The notes beneath the pieces are model-generated. The model was not told where the DNA came from. It did no database searches and saw only the letters and a list, made by a program, of their open reading frames with translations. From Chloroflexota bacterium (GTDB taxonomy: Bacteria; Chloroflexota; Dormibacteria; CF-121), in assembly GCA_005889345.1 (NCBI GenBank), contig VBFR01000183.1:1315-65314 (forward strand): 64,000 nucleotides of DNA, given 5' to 3'. Positions 27,287-35,950 of the stretch are shown here, piece by piece. A program made the translations under genes and the position numbers. The first letter of the stretch is position 1. Each line of letters begins with the position of its first letter.

Positions 27287-28719
27287 CGCGTCGTCAGAAA
27301 CCGCGTGATGGCCTCGGCGACGGCGTCGGGCCGATCGAGCGGTAGGAAGTGCCCACCGGGATCGATGATCTCAACCGTGCTTTCCCGAAGCTTGTGGTGG
27401 AGCGTTTCGGCCCAGCGCGGCTCGAGGAATGCATCGTTTGCTCCCCACAGGATTAACGTCGGCGTCTCGACCTCATCGATGTGCTTCGACCGGCTGGTTA
27501 GATCGCGGTTGTTGAGCGCCCGCGCCGCCCGCAGGTAGGCGCGCCGGCCGCCCAGGTCCTGGAAGGGTCGCGTCCACTCGTCAACCACCTCATCGTTGAC
27601 CCGACCGGGCGTCACCATCCCGGCCTCAAGGCCCTTGCGGAGCCCGCTGCGAAGATCGATGTTGACCATGATCTGATCCCACGCCGGCTCTTTCAGACGC
27701 GCGATGTCGGGGATTGGCCAGTTGTTGTCGACGATGCTGTCGATCAAGATGAGGCGGGCTACCCGCTGAGGTTCGTCGACGGCCATCAGTTGGGCGACAC
27801 CGCCGCCGATGTCGTGGCCCGCCACGGCCGCCTGGTGCACCCCGATCGTTTCCATGAAGGCCACCACATATCGGGCTTGTGCCGCGATTGAAAGATCGAC
27901 GTCCATGCGCTTGTCCGAGTCGCCGTAGCCGAGCAGGTCGGGCGCCAGCACCTCGAAGGTTGCGGACAGCGGCTCGATGACATCGCGCCAGAGATACGAG
28001 GAGCTCGGAATCCCGTGCAGCAAAACCAGCGGTGGACCCTGTCCCGTTCGGAGGTAGGCGATATCGCCCGCAAAGGTCCGGATCTTCCGTTTGCTGCGGG
28101 CGAGTGGCGCCATCCCGATGAGCTCGGTCGTCATTGGCGGCGATACCGTCGGCGTGGGCGCCCGCTCCAGGGCCGACGGCGGAGCGGCAAAGCGCGCGGG
28201 AGCTTGTGCAGTTGCCACGGCCGGTTCCTGCGGCGATGCCGGCAAGGCAGCATCGGTGGACGGCGCGACTCGCCGAGTGAGGATGACGTTTGTCGAGCTG
28301 GCGCGGGCGATCAGCTGGTTCTGCTGGTCGACGATCTCCGCCTCAGCCACTGCGATCTGCTGCCCGCGATGCACGACGCGGCCTATCGAGCGCAGCATGC
28401 CGGAATCGGCGGTCACGGCCTTGAGGAAATTGACGTGAAGCTCCGCGGTCGTGAAGTTCTCTCCCGGGAGAAGCGTGCTGAACACCGCGAACCCCATGGC
28501 GCTGTCGGCGAGTGACGCGAGCGCGCCCCCGTGAACGACGTTGTTCGGGTTGTACAACTCGGTGGTCGCCGGCATCTCGAAGGTCGCGCCGCCATCGGAG
28601 ACGGCGATGAAGCGCATGCGCAGGAGGCGAACGTAGGGCGGAGGGGGCGCAGCTCCACGCAGCGCGGCCTCGAGCAATTCGCGACCTGACATCTCTGCCG
28701 GGTCCGACATTGCCCGCAT
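27283..28719 (-). CDS. fusion protein: PaaI-type hotdog thioesterase (N-terminus) + alpha/beta-hydrolase fold (C-terminus)
   Basis: NVVHGGALASLADSAMGF hotdog motif, an Ala/Pro linker, then VLLHGIPSSSYLWRDV...AGHDIGGGVAQ. Confidence 0.7.
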   Translation of the reverse strand: MRAMSDPAEMSGRELLEAALRGAAPPPPYVRLLRMRFIAVSDGGATFEMPATTELYNPNNVVHGGALASLADSAMGFAVFSTLLPGENFTTAELHVNFLKAVTADSGMLRSIGRVVHRGQQIAVAEAEIVDQQNQLIARASSTNVILTRRVAPSTDAALPASPQEPAVATAQAPARFAAPPSALERAPTPTVSPPMTTELIGMAPLARSKRKIRTFAGDIAYLRTGQGPPLVLLHGIPSSSYLWRDVIEPLSATFEVLAPDLLGYGDSDKRMDVDLSIAAQARYVVAFMETIGVHQAAVAGHDIGGGVAQLMAVDEPQRVARLILIDSIVDNNWPIPDIARLKEPAWDQIMVNIDLRSGLRKGLEAGMVTPGRVNDEVVDEWTRPFQDLGGRRAYLRAARALNNRDLTSRSKHIDEVETPTLILWGANDAFLEPRWAETLHHKLRESTVEIIDPGGHFLPLDRPDAVAEAITRFLTTR

Positions 28720-28943
28720 TGTAGGCCCGACCTGGACGGAGCAACCATTTCGCTGGTTACGGTCCTTTGGTAACGGTCATGTCACGAGCGTGTGATAGCT
28801 CGTCGCCCCGCTGCAAGCCACAGCGTGCCTAAGCAGTTTGTCCTGTGTAGGCCGCAATGGAGCGGCCAGTAGGGAAGGGGTAAGGGGGACGTCCGCTGAA
28901 GTACGCTGCGCCGCGCTTTGCAACACACTCAGCCGTACTGCTC

Positions 28944-29855
28944 ATGGCAGCTGCGATGCCCTGGGTCGTGTTCCACGTCCCGGTCGGCGCCGCGCCAGCC
29001 CTCGCCGGTGGCACGGGGCCAGGTACGGCACTCGCCCAGGCGCCCTTTGGCCGCGCGGTCGATGGCATCGGGTGGTCGATAAGTGGCTCGCTGATCGTCC
29101 CCGCGCTGCCCGCGACGCCGCCGGCGGAGAAGCACCGCGAGATCATTCAGTACACCGCGGCCGACGGCGACACGCTCCGGGCGCTCGCGTCAAAGTACGG
29201 GCTATCCGTGAACACGCTGCTCTGGTCCAACCCCAAGCTGGTCGATCATCTGACCGCGGGTCAGGAGGTCGTCATTCCGCCCGTCGATGGCGTGCTCGTC
29301 AAGGTCAGCGCGAGTGACACCCTCGCCTCGCTCGCGCAGAAATACCGTGCGGAGTCGGACGCGATCATCGAGTTCAACCTGCTCCGTCATCCGGAGATGC
29401 TGCCGGTCAACGAGTACCTGATGCTGCCCTACGGCGTTGGTCCCGAGCCGGCATCGGTTCCGCAACCCAACCCGCAGACGGTGACCGCCGGCAAACGCTC
29501 CTGGTACGTCACGCCGGTGTACTCCTCAGGCGGCGCGAGCTATCCCTTCGGACAGTGCACCTGGTATGTCAACACCCGACGGCCGGCGCCCTGGGGTGGC
29601 AATGCCTGGCAGTGGTTCGGGCGGGCGCGCGCCTACGGCCGGCCCGAAGGTCCGACGCCGCGCGTGGGCGCCATCATGGTCACCTGGGAGTCACCCTACT
29701 GGGGCCACGTCGCCTACGTGGAGCAGGTCTACGCCGATGGCAGTTGGCTCGTCTCAGAGATGAACTACGCCAGCCCGACCGGCGGTGGCTGGGGCCGGGT
29801 CAGCTACCGGCACGTGATCCCAGGCACGATTCCGATCATCGGCTTCATCTACTAA
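28944..29855 (+). CDS. peptidoglycan hydrolase: 2 x LysM + CHAP domain
   Basis: LysM units (YTAADGDTLRALASKYGLSVNTLLWSN; VSASDTLASLAQKY) and CHAP Cys/His (GQCTWYV...GHVAYVEQV). The start is uncertain. Confidence 0.7.
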   Translation: MAAAMPWVVFHVPVGAAPALAGGTGPGTALAQAPFGRAVDGIGWSISGSLIVPALPATPPAEKHREIIQYTAADGDTLRALASKYGLSVNTLLWSNPKLVDHLTAGQEVVIPPVDGVLVKVSASDTLASLAQKYRAESDAIIEFNLLRHPEMLPVNEYLMLPYGVGPEPASVPQPNPQTVTAGKRSWYVTPVYSSGGASYPFGQCTWYVNTRRPAPWGGNAWQWFGRARAYGRPEGPTPRVGAIMVTWESPYWGHVAYVEQVYADGSWLVSEMNYASPTGGGWGRVSYRHVIPGTIPIIGFIY

Positions 29856-29856
29856 A

Positions 29857-29952
29857 TTCCCTCTCCCGCTTACGGGGCGGGCCGTCGGCCCACGCGAGCG
29901 GCGCTTCAGTGCCATGCGAGCGTTTGAGACGTTCGGGTCAGGGTGGGGGCTT
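29857..29952. repeat. MITE/REP-like palindromic intergenic element, copy A
   Basis: TTCCCTCTCCCGCTTACGGGG...GCGAGCGTTTGAGACGTTCGGGTCAGGGTGGGGG. Related copies at 47491-47640 and 53384-53420. Confidence 0.7.
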
Positions 29953-31288
29953 CCGCTTCGAGCAGCCGGCCGACGGCCAGCACGCGCGCCTCGTCATTCC
30001 ATTGCCCGACGACCTGCACGCCGATTGGCAGGCCGGCCGTCGCGCCAAAGGGGACCGATAGCGCCGGCAGGCCGGTCAGGTTGAAGGGCGCGGTGAGCCG
30101 CACCAGCGCGCCATCGACGGGCTCCTCCCCGGAACGCCAGTGCACCGTGCGCTCGCCGATAACGGGCGCCGCGATCGGGGTGCTGGGCAGCAGCAGGACA
30201 TCGATGTCGTGAAAAACGTCGCTCATGGCGGCCCGAATCCGGGCGCGCATGCGCTGCGCCAGCACGTAGTCGGCCCCGGCCACGAGCGAGCCCAGCTGGA
30301 GCCTGGTGCGGACGTCGACCCCGTAGGCGCGTGGTCGGGCGCGAATCCAGCGGGTATGGAGCGCGCTCGCCTCGGCGCGGAGCGTCACGAGCTGGGTCGC
30401 GACCGTCCACTGCAGGTCGGGAATCACGACCACGCGGACCCGCAACCCGCGCCGCCGCAAGGCCCGCGCCGCCGCGTCAAGCTGGCGCGAGACCGCCGGC
30501 TGAACGTTGTCGACAATCGATCCCTGCAGCATGCCAACCCGCAGTCCGCGCGTCGACGCGCGGCGGGACTTGCGCCCCGCATCCCCGCCCGAGAGGACAT
30601 CGAGCAGCACGCCGGCGTCCTCGACCGTCCGGGCCAGCGGACCCGCATGGTCGAGCGACCACCCCAGCGGGAATGTCCCATTCAGCGGGATCGCACCGAA
30701 CGTCGGCTTGAGGCCCACGCAGCCGCAGAGCGACGCGGGCACGCGAATCGATCCGCCGGTGTCAGAGCCGAGGGCGCCGGCGCACAGTCCGGCCACGACG
30801 GCGATCGCCGAGCCACCGCTGGAACCGCCTGGGCTGCGGCGGGGATCGTGGGGATTCCGAGCGATGCCCCACCACGGGTTGGCGGTGCTGACCCCGTAGG
30901 CGAATTCGTGGAGATTGGTCTTGCCGAAGACGATGGCGCCCGCCGCCCGCAACCGGGCGACGGCCGCGGCGTCGCTCCTCGGGACCCAGTCCTTGAGGAT
31001 GCGCGACCCGACGGTGGTCCGGAGCGCCCGCGTCGCGAAGAGGTCCTTTACCGCGATCGGCACGCCGAGCAAGGCGCCGCGCTCGCCCCGCGCGAGTCGC
31101 CGCTCAGCCCGCTGTGCGTCCCGCCGAGTCCGCCCGTCGGGCGGGGTGATGAAGGCGCGCAGCCCGGTGGTTGCCTCGATGCGCTGGATGTAGGCGTCCA
31201 CCAGCTCGACCGGCGACAGCCGCCGGCGGTGGAGCGCGGTTGCGATCTGGACCAGGGGTGCTGCTGCGAGCAGGTCAGGGGAGGCCAT
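29906..31288 (-). CDS. amidase (amidase-signature family, GatA/AtzE-like)
   Basis: GGSSGGSAIAV Ser-cisSer motif and the catalytic Lys in IAVKDLF. Confidence 0.85.
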   Translation of the reverse strand: MASPDLLAAAPLVQIATALHRRRLSPVELVDAYIQRIEATTGLRAFITPPDGRTRRDAQRAERRLARGERGALLGVPIAVKDLFATRALRTTVGSRILKDWVPRSDAAAVARLRAAGAIVFGKTNLHEFAYGVSTANPWWGIARNPHDPRRSPGGSSGGSAIAVVAGLCAGALGSDTGGSIRVPASLCGCVGLKPTFGAIPLNGTFPLGWSLDHAGPLARTVEDAGVLLDVLSGGDAGRKSRRASTRGLRVGMLQGSIVDNVQPAVSRQLDAAARALRRRGLRVRVVVIPDLQWTVATQLVTLRAEASALHTRWIRARPRAYGVDVRTRLQLGSLVAGADYVLAQRMRARIRAAMSDVFHDIDVLLLPSTPIAAPVIGERTVHWRSGEEPVDGALVRLTAPFNLTGLPALSVPFGATAGLPIGVQVVGQWNDEARVLAVGRLLEAEAPTLTRTSQTLAWH

Positions 31289-31442
31289 CCGTATCCTCGG
31301 GCGCTACCGCGGCCCTCAGCTGTTCGACCAGCGCCAGGTACCTCTTCCATGCGGGCAGCAGTGCCACCACGTCGGCCGCGCTCAGCCGAAGCCCGGCGGC
31401 CCGAGCGGCGGCGGTCAGTTGTTGCCTCTGCGTCACCGGCAC
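31275..31442 (-). CDS. GatC/AtzG-like small protein (about 56 aa), overlapping the amidase start
   Basis: VPVTQRQQLTAAARAAGLRLSAADVVALLPAWKRYLALVEQLRAAVAPEDTDGLP has the GatC-like pattern (V..LA.LA.L.L....V.....L..IL.YVEQL). Its TGA overlaps the amidase ATG (ATGGCCTCCCCTGA). Start codon is GTG 31442 or TTG 31451. Confidence 0.5.
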   Translation of the reverse strand: MPVTQRQQLTAAARAAGLRLSAADVVALLPAWKRYLALVEQLRAAVAPEDTDGLP

Positions 31443-31625
31443 AGTATGCAACCCGCCGCGGCGGGCCCGTGATCGGCTCCATCACCACTTGCGAGTGCGA
31501 AATGGTTTGACAAGAGCGATTCTTCCGCCCTATTCTGCGACTGCCGCCAACCGGCTCTTGGGGAGGCGTTGGATGGCGGTGGCGCTGCCGTTCATCTAAT
31601 TTTCATTGCTGAGGAGCCCCAGAAA

Positions 31626-33050
31626 ATGCTGCTTGTGGAAGTCCGCCGCCTCGATATCGCCCCCAACACCGACCAGTTCTGGACCATCGTTTCCCGCATC
31701 AACGGCCCTGAGTTCATGGGCGTTCTCTACCGGGCGCGCGAGGCGATCTTCGACAGCGCCGGGATCAGTTTCACCATCGACCTGCTGAACAAGTTCCTGC
31801 AATTCGACGTCACCAAGAGCTGGTCGTCGGCCGACGAAGGCGAGCTCTTCATGGGTCAGGCGCCGGTCGTCGGCTGGCTGCGTGTCCGTCGGCCGGGCTC
31901 GGCCACCTTGCGCGAGCTCCGCTCCGACGACGTCCACTTCATGGAGCTCGAGCACGCTTCCAAGCCAGCCTTCATCGAAGTCGGCGTCGCCTATCGCGCC
32001 GGGACCGAGAAGATCCGGACCGACTTCCTCAAGCGAGTCCGCACGGCAGCCCAGGAAGCCCTCGGCCAGGAAGTGGGCACACCCTCCTCGTGGCCCGTCC
32101 TGGCTCCGGTCGGCAGCCACAACTTCGACGCGATCCGCAAGTCCCGCCAGTCGATCAACGAGGTCAGCGCCGAAGAAAACCAGGCGATGGGCGCCTTCGC
32201 CTCGCCGGAGATTCGCGCGCTGATCCGGGATCTCGAGCGCGTCGGCTCGCTCACCGTTTCCGACCTCCCCAAGGTCCTCGGCGAAGCGCAGGGTACGGCG
32301 GTGGCCGGCCGCCTCGGGGAGCTCCGCAGTCTCGGCCTGATCCAGTCGGAGTACGTGATCGTGTGCTCCCGGACGGGCAATGCCGTGTTGCGCACCGACG
32401 ATCCCAACAAGCTGCAGAAGATGGCACCGGACTGGATGAAGTGCGCCTGCGGGCGTCCGCTGAACGAAGAGCGGGTGGACCAGGTGATCATGCCGACCGA
32501 CCGGGCCACCGCCCTCAACGACAAGGGCCGCTGGATGACGACCCTGGCGACCGCCATCCTCCCCAAGCTCGGCATCAGCCGCGAGCAGGTCATCATCGAT
32601 TCCAGCCCGGCGGGCACCGACATCGTGCTCGATTTGAGCGGTGACCTCGTCCTCGTGGTGCTCAAGGACCGTGAGTTCAACCTGGCGGATGCGTATGCCT
32701 TCAACGCGAAAGTCTCCCGCATCAAGGCCGCCGAGGGCGTGATCGTCAGCAATGAGGGTCTCTCCGGCGATGCGAAGAAGCTCGTCCAGGAAGAGCTCGG
32801 TCCGCAGCGCGCGCGGATTACGGACCCGTTCCGCATTTCGTTCGTGGAAGGCGTGCAGGGCCTGGAGCACGAGCTGGGCCGCGTCGTGGAGCGACGTCGC
32901 CGGCAATACTTCCTGCGGGCGCTCGGCGATCTGGCCACCATCCAGGGGCTGAACATCGGGCAACTGGCGCTGGCCAAGGTTGAAGCCGGCGGCCGCGCCG
33001 GCAAAGAGGGCGTGGTCGTTGCGGCCGAGGCCGTCGCCGCCGAAGCCTAG
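31626..33050 (+). CDS. hypothetical protein (475 aa): helix-turn-helix-like stretch, CxC element, C-terminal restriction-endonuclease-like (PD-(D/E)xK-type) motif
   Basis: GAGGAG RBS; a possible helix-turn-helix-like stretch LTVSDLPKVLGEAQGTAVAGRLGELRSLGLI (pattern only, no fold call possible); MKCACGRP; TDIVLDLSGDLVLVVLKDRE resembles a D...(D/E)xK nuclease core. I cannot name a family. Confidence 0.55.
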   Translation: MLLVEVRRLDIAPNTDQFWTIVSRINGPEFMGVLYRAREAIFDSAGISFTIDLLNKFLQFDVTKSWSSADEGELFMGQAPVVGWLRVRRPGSATLRELRSDDVHFMELEHASKPAFIEVGVAYRAGTEKIRTDFLKRVRTAAQEALGQEVGTPSSWPVLAPVGSHNFDAIRKSRQSINEVSAEENQAMGAFASPEIRALIRDLERVGSLTVSDLPKVLGEAQGTAVAGRLGELRSLGLIQSEYVIVCSRTGNAVLRTDDPNKLQKMAPDWMKCACGRPLNEERVDQVIMPTDRATALNDKGRWMTTLATAILPKLGISREQVIIDSSPAGTDIVLDLSGDLVLVVLKDREFNLADAYAFNAKVSRIKAAEGVIVSNEGLSGDAKKLVQEELGPQRARITDPFRISFVEGVQGLEHELGRVVERRRRQYFLRALGDLATIQGLNIGQLALAKVEAGGRAGKEGVVVAAEAVAAEA

Positions 33051-33062
33051 TTACGCAGCGTC

Positions 33063-33106
33063 AAACGCGCCGTGGCATCGTCCGGCCACGGCGCGTTTAC
33101 ATTTCT
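33063..33106 (+). terminator. Rho-independent terminator after the hypothetical gene
   Basis: aaacgcgccgtggc-atcgtccg-gccacggcgcgttt hairpin followed by a T-rich tract. Confidence 0.55.
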
Positions 33107-33167
33107 GTCCTGACTAAACTTCGCGTTCACCCGGGAATAGTGCAACGCGGTCGCGTACTGTACGTGT

Positions 33168-33359
33168 ATGCGTATCGGCAGCTTGGTTCTTGGCGTGATT
33201 GCGATCTTTGCCGGTGGCGTCTGGATCTTGCAAGGCGCGGGCGTGCTGCCGGGCAGTTTCATGACGGGCCAGCGGATGTGGCTCGTCATCGGCATCATCG
33301 TCGCGATCGTCGGAGTGGCGCTGGCCTACAACGCGATCCGCCGGCCTGCCCGGCCCTAG
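33168..33359 (+). CDS. small two-TM membrane protein (63 aa)
   Basis: MRIGSLVLGVIAIFAGGVWILQGAG...LVIGIIVAIVGVALAY; sits directly upstream of the Mo-enzyme gene. Confidence 0.45.
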   Translation: MRIGSLVLGVIAIFAGGVWILQGAGVLPGSFMTGQRMWLVIGIIVAIVGVALAYNAIRRPARP

Positions 33360-33363
33360 CCGC

Positions 33364-34791
33364 TTGGTCCGTCAGCGCCCGCTAATCGTCGGCTTGAGTG
33401 CCGGCACGCTGGCGCTCGGGGCGGACTACCTGGCGCACGCGGTGTTCGGGATCCCCCTGCTCCCGGAGCAGGCGGGCTACATCTTGCTGAAGCTGCTGCC
33501 CCTGTCGACGTTTGCGAGCTTGCTGAAGGCGCTCGGCGTTCTCGCCCGGCCGCTACTGCTCGTGGGCGCAACCGTGGTGATTATCGCGGCCTACGGTGCG
33601 GCCTCGATGCTGACGGCCCGAGTGTTCCCGCGCGGCTACGTGCTGGTCCTCACCGGGCTGGCGGCGTTGGTCAGCGCCATCGTCGCGATCGTTGCCTTCT
33701 CGCCGAGTGATTCATGGCCCGGGGCGGTGGTCGAAATCGTGTTGCTCGCCGGAATGGTTGCGTTGGTCGATCGTGCTGTCCGCGGGCTGGCCACCGCCGG
33801 TCCGGTCAACGAAGACCGCCGAATCGTGATGCGCAACATCTTTTATGGTGCGGTCGGCATCGCCCTGCTGGGCATCGGCTACGCGAACGTCCGGCGTTTC
33901 GCCACGGCGCTGGCCATGAAGGAGGGCAGCCGCACGCCGACCGAAATCACGCCGGTCAGCGATTTCTATGTCGTCTCCAAGAACATTAGCGGGGACCCGG
34001 TGGTCGATGCCTCGACCTGGCGTCTCAACCTGCCCGGCCGGTCGCTCACCTACGCGGAGTTGCTCGCCTTGCCGTCGCACCAGTTGGAGCTGACGCTGGA
34101 GTGCATTAGCAACGAGATTGGCGGGACGTTGATCAGCAATGGCAGCTGGAAGGGGCCGCGGGTGAGCGATGTGCTGGCGCTGACCTCGGTGCCGTCGAAT
34201 GCAACCTGGATGTTGATGGAAAGCGCCGACGGCTATACCGAGAGCTTTCAATTGCGCGATCTGACACCGGATCATCTGCTCGCCACCCATCTCAACGGCT
34301 CGGCCCTGTCCTCGATGCACGGCTTCCCGGCGCGCTTCATCTTTCCTGGCCGCTACGGCATGAAGCAGCCAAAGTGGGTCACGCGCGTCGGTTTTTCCGC
34401 GAGCGATAAGCCCGGCTATTGGGAAAACAACGGCTGGGATGAACGAGCGATCGTCAAGACGATGTCACGCATCGACCGGCCCACGGATGGTGCCGCTCTG
34501 GCGGCTGGAGCGATCCAGTTCGGCGGCATCGCCTTCGCCGGCTCCCGCCGGATCAGCGGCGTGGAGCTGAGTTGGGATGGTGGCCGCTCCTGGCAGCCCG
34601 CCGACCTGCAGCCTGAGTTCTCCCCGTACGCGTGGCGCTTCTGGCAGCTCAGCACCAGCATCGCCGCCGGACATTACAACGTCAAAGTGCGGGCCCGCGA
34701 CGGTGAGGGAACCTTACAGACGTCGAAGTCGGCGGCGACCCTGCCCAACGGGGCGGACGGCTACCACAGCATCACGCTCGATCTCGCGTAA
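33364..34791 (+). CDS. membrane-anchored sulfite-oxidase-family molybdopterin oxidoreductase (N-terminal polytopic TM domain + Moco domain + Ig-like dimerisation domain)
   Basis: Moco Cys motif LECISNEIGG and HGFPARFIFPGRYGMKQPKWVTRV, with 4-5 N-terminal TM helices. Confidence 0.75.
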   Translation: MVRQRPLIVGLSAGTLALGADYLAHAVFGIPLLPEQAGYILLKLLPLSTFASLLKALGVLARPLLLVGATVVIIAAYGAASMLTARVFPRGYVLVLTGLAALVSAIVAIVAFSPSDSWPGAVVEIVLLAGMVALVDRAVRGLATAGPVNEDRRIVMRNIFYGAVGIALLGIGYANVRRFATALAMKEGSRTPTEITPVSDFYVVSKNISGDPVVDASTWRLNLPGRSLTYAELLALPSHQLELTLECISNEIGGTLISNGSWKGPRVSDVLALTSVPSNATWMLMESADGYTESFQLRDLTPDHLLATHLNGSALSSMHGFPARFIFPGRYGMKQPKWVTRVGFSASDKPGYWENNGWDERAIVKTMSRIDRPTDGAALAAGAIQFGGIAFAGSRRISGVELSWDGGRSWQPADLQPEFSPYAWRFWQLSTSIAAGHYNVKVRARDGEGTLQTSKSAATLPNGADGYHSITLDLA

Positions 34792-34908
34792 CGTTCTCAG
34801 AGCCTTCTCAGGATGCCTTCAGCCACGTGGCGCGGGCGCCCGTCTACCGTAAGGTTGAGGTCGCCGGATTCCATGAGCCAACGCGTTGTAACTGGCAGGG
34901 AGAGGAAC

Positions 34909-35082
34909 ATGTCCTCGAACGCGACGCTGAGGTGGGCGTCGGTGCTGGGCACGCTGTTGCTGGCCTTGCTCTCAGGTGGTGTCGTCGCCACGTCACCCAA
35001 ACCTGCACAGGCGCCACTGCATCCGGCGGTAACCGTGCTGCCCAGTGATGCTGCGGTCCACAGTGAAAGCCATGTCTCCTGA
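34909..35082 (+). CDS. possible small secreted peptide (57 aa), speculative
   Basis: Signal peptide MSSNATLRWASVLGTLLLALLSGGVVATSPKPAQA plus a 22-aa tail; overlaps the apbE start by about 11 nt. Confidence 0.25.
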   Translation: MSSNATLRWASVLGTLLLALLSGGVVATSPKPAQAPLHPAVTVLPSDAAVHSESHVS

Positions 35083-35950
35083 ACTGACGACCCGCCACTT
35101 CGACGCGCTTGGCTCCACGTGCGAGTTGCTGAGTGTCGAGAGCGGGCCGGCCGCGCTCGAACGTTGTGAACAAAGGATTCGTGACGCGGAGGCCCGCTTC
35201 ACCCGTTTCCTTCGTGATAGCGAGCTGGCCGGACTGAATGCGAGCGACGGCCGCTACGTGCCGGTGAGCCCGGAAATGTTTGCCATGCTGGAGGCGGCGC
35301 TGTGGGCGTACGAGGAAAGCGAAGGGCTCGTCAACGCCGCGGTGCTCCCGGCGCTGCTGGCGGCCGGGTACGATCGCCCCTTCCGGCAAGGTCTGTCGGA
35401 GCCGTCCTGCCTTTACCCGACGCAATTGCCACCGCTTCCCGATGTGCTTCTTCTGGACCAGGTCACGCGCTCGGCGGCGCTCGCTCCAGGGGCTTCGCTC
35501 GACCTGGGTGGAATCGCGAAGGGCGCGCTGGCCGACCTTCTGATCGATGAGCTCGGTGAGAATGCGGTCTGCAATCTCGGCGGCGATCTCCGCCTGCGCG
35601 GCGCCGGTCCCGAAGGGGACGGCTGGCATATCGGACTCTGCGATGGCACGCTCGTCGCGCTGCGCGACGGTGCCGTCTGCACCAGCGGCATCAGCAAGCG
35701 GCGCTGGGGGCACTCGATGCATCACCTGATCGATCCGCGCACCGGGATGCCGGCGAAGACCGACCTTGCGGAAGTCTCCGTCGTCACGGACAGTGCCTTG
35801 CGGGGTGAGGTCTACGCCAAGAGTGCGATTCTCCTGGGAGCAGCGATGGGCATCGCCTTCCTCGAAGCCCGCGGCGTGCTCTACACCGTCGTGCCGGCCG
35901 AAGGGGTGGCTGCCGGCGCCGGCCCAAGTGAGCTTCCGGCGGCGGCGTGA
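35072..35950 (+). CDS. apbE: FAD:protein FMN transferase ApbE
   Basis: RHFDALGSTCELL N-terminus and the LDLGGIAKG motif. No signal peptide is visible. Confidence 0.8.
   Translation: MSPELTTRHFDALGSTCELLSVESGPAALERCEQRIRDAEARFTRFLRDSELAGLNASDGRYVPVSPEMFAMLEAALWAYEESEGLVNAAVLPALLAAGYDRPFRQGLSEPSCLYPTQLPPLPDVLLLDQVTRSAALAPGASLDLGGIAKGALADLLIDELGENAVCNLGGDLRLRGAGPEGDGWHIGLCDGTLVALRDGAVCTSGISKRRWGHSMHHLIDPRTGMPAKTDLAEVSVVTDSALRGEVYAKSAILLGAAMGIAFLEARGVLYTVVPAEGVAAGAGPSELPAAA

Noticed and set aside
34844-35725. 293-aa ORF on the minus strand overlapping apbE
   Set aside because: It is opposite a gene with clear ApbE motifs, and its translation is low-complexity.
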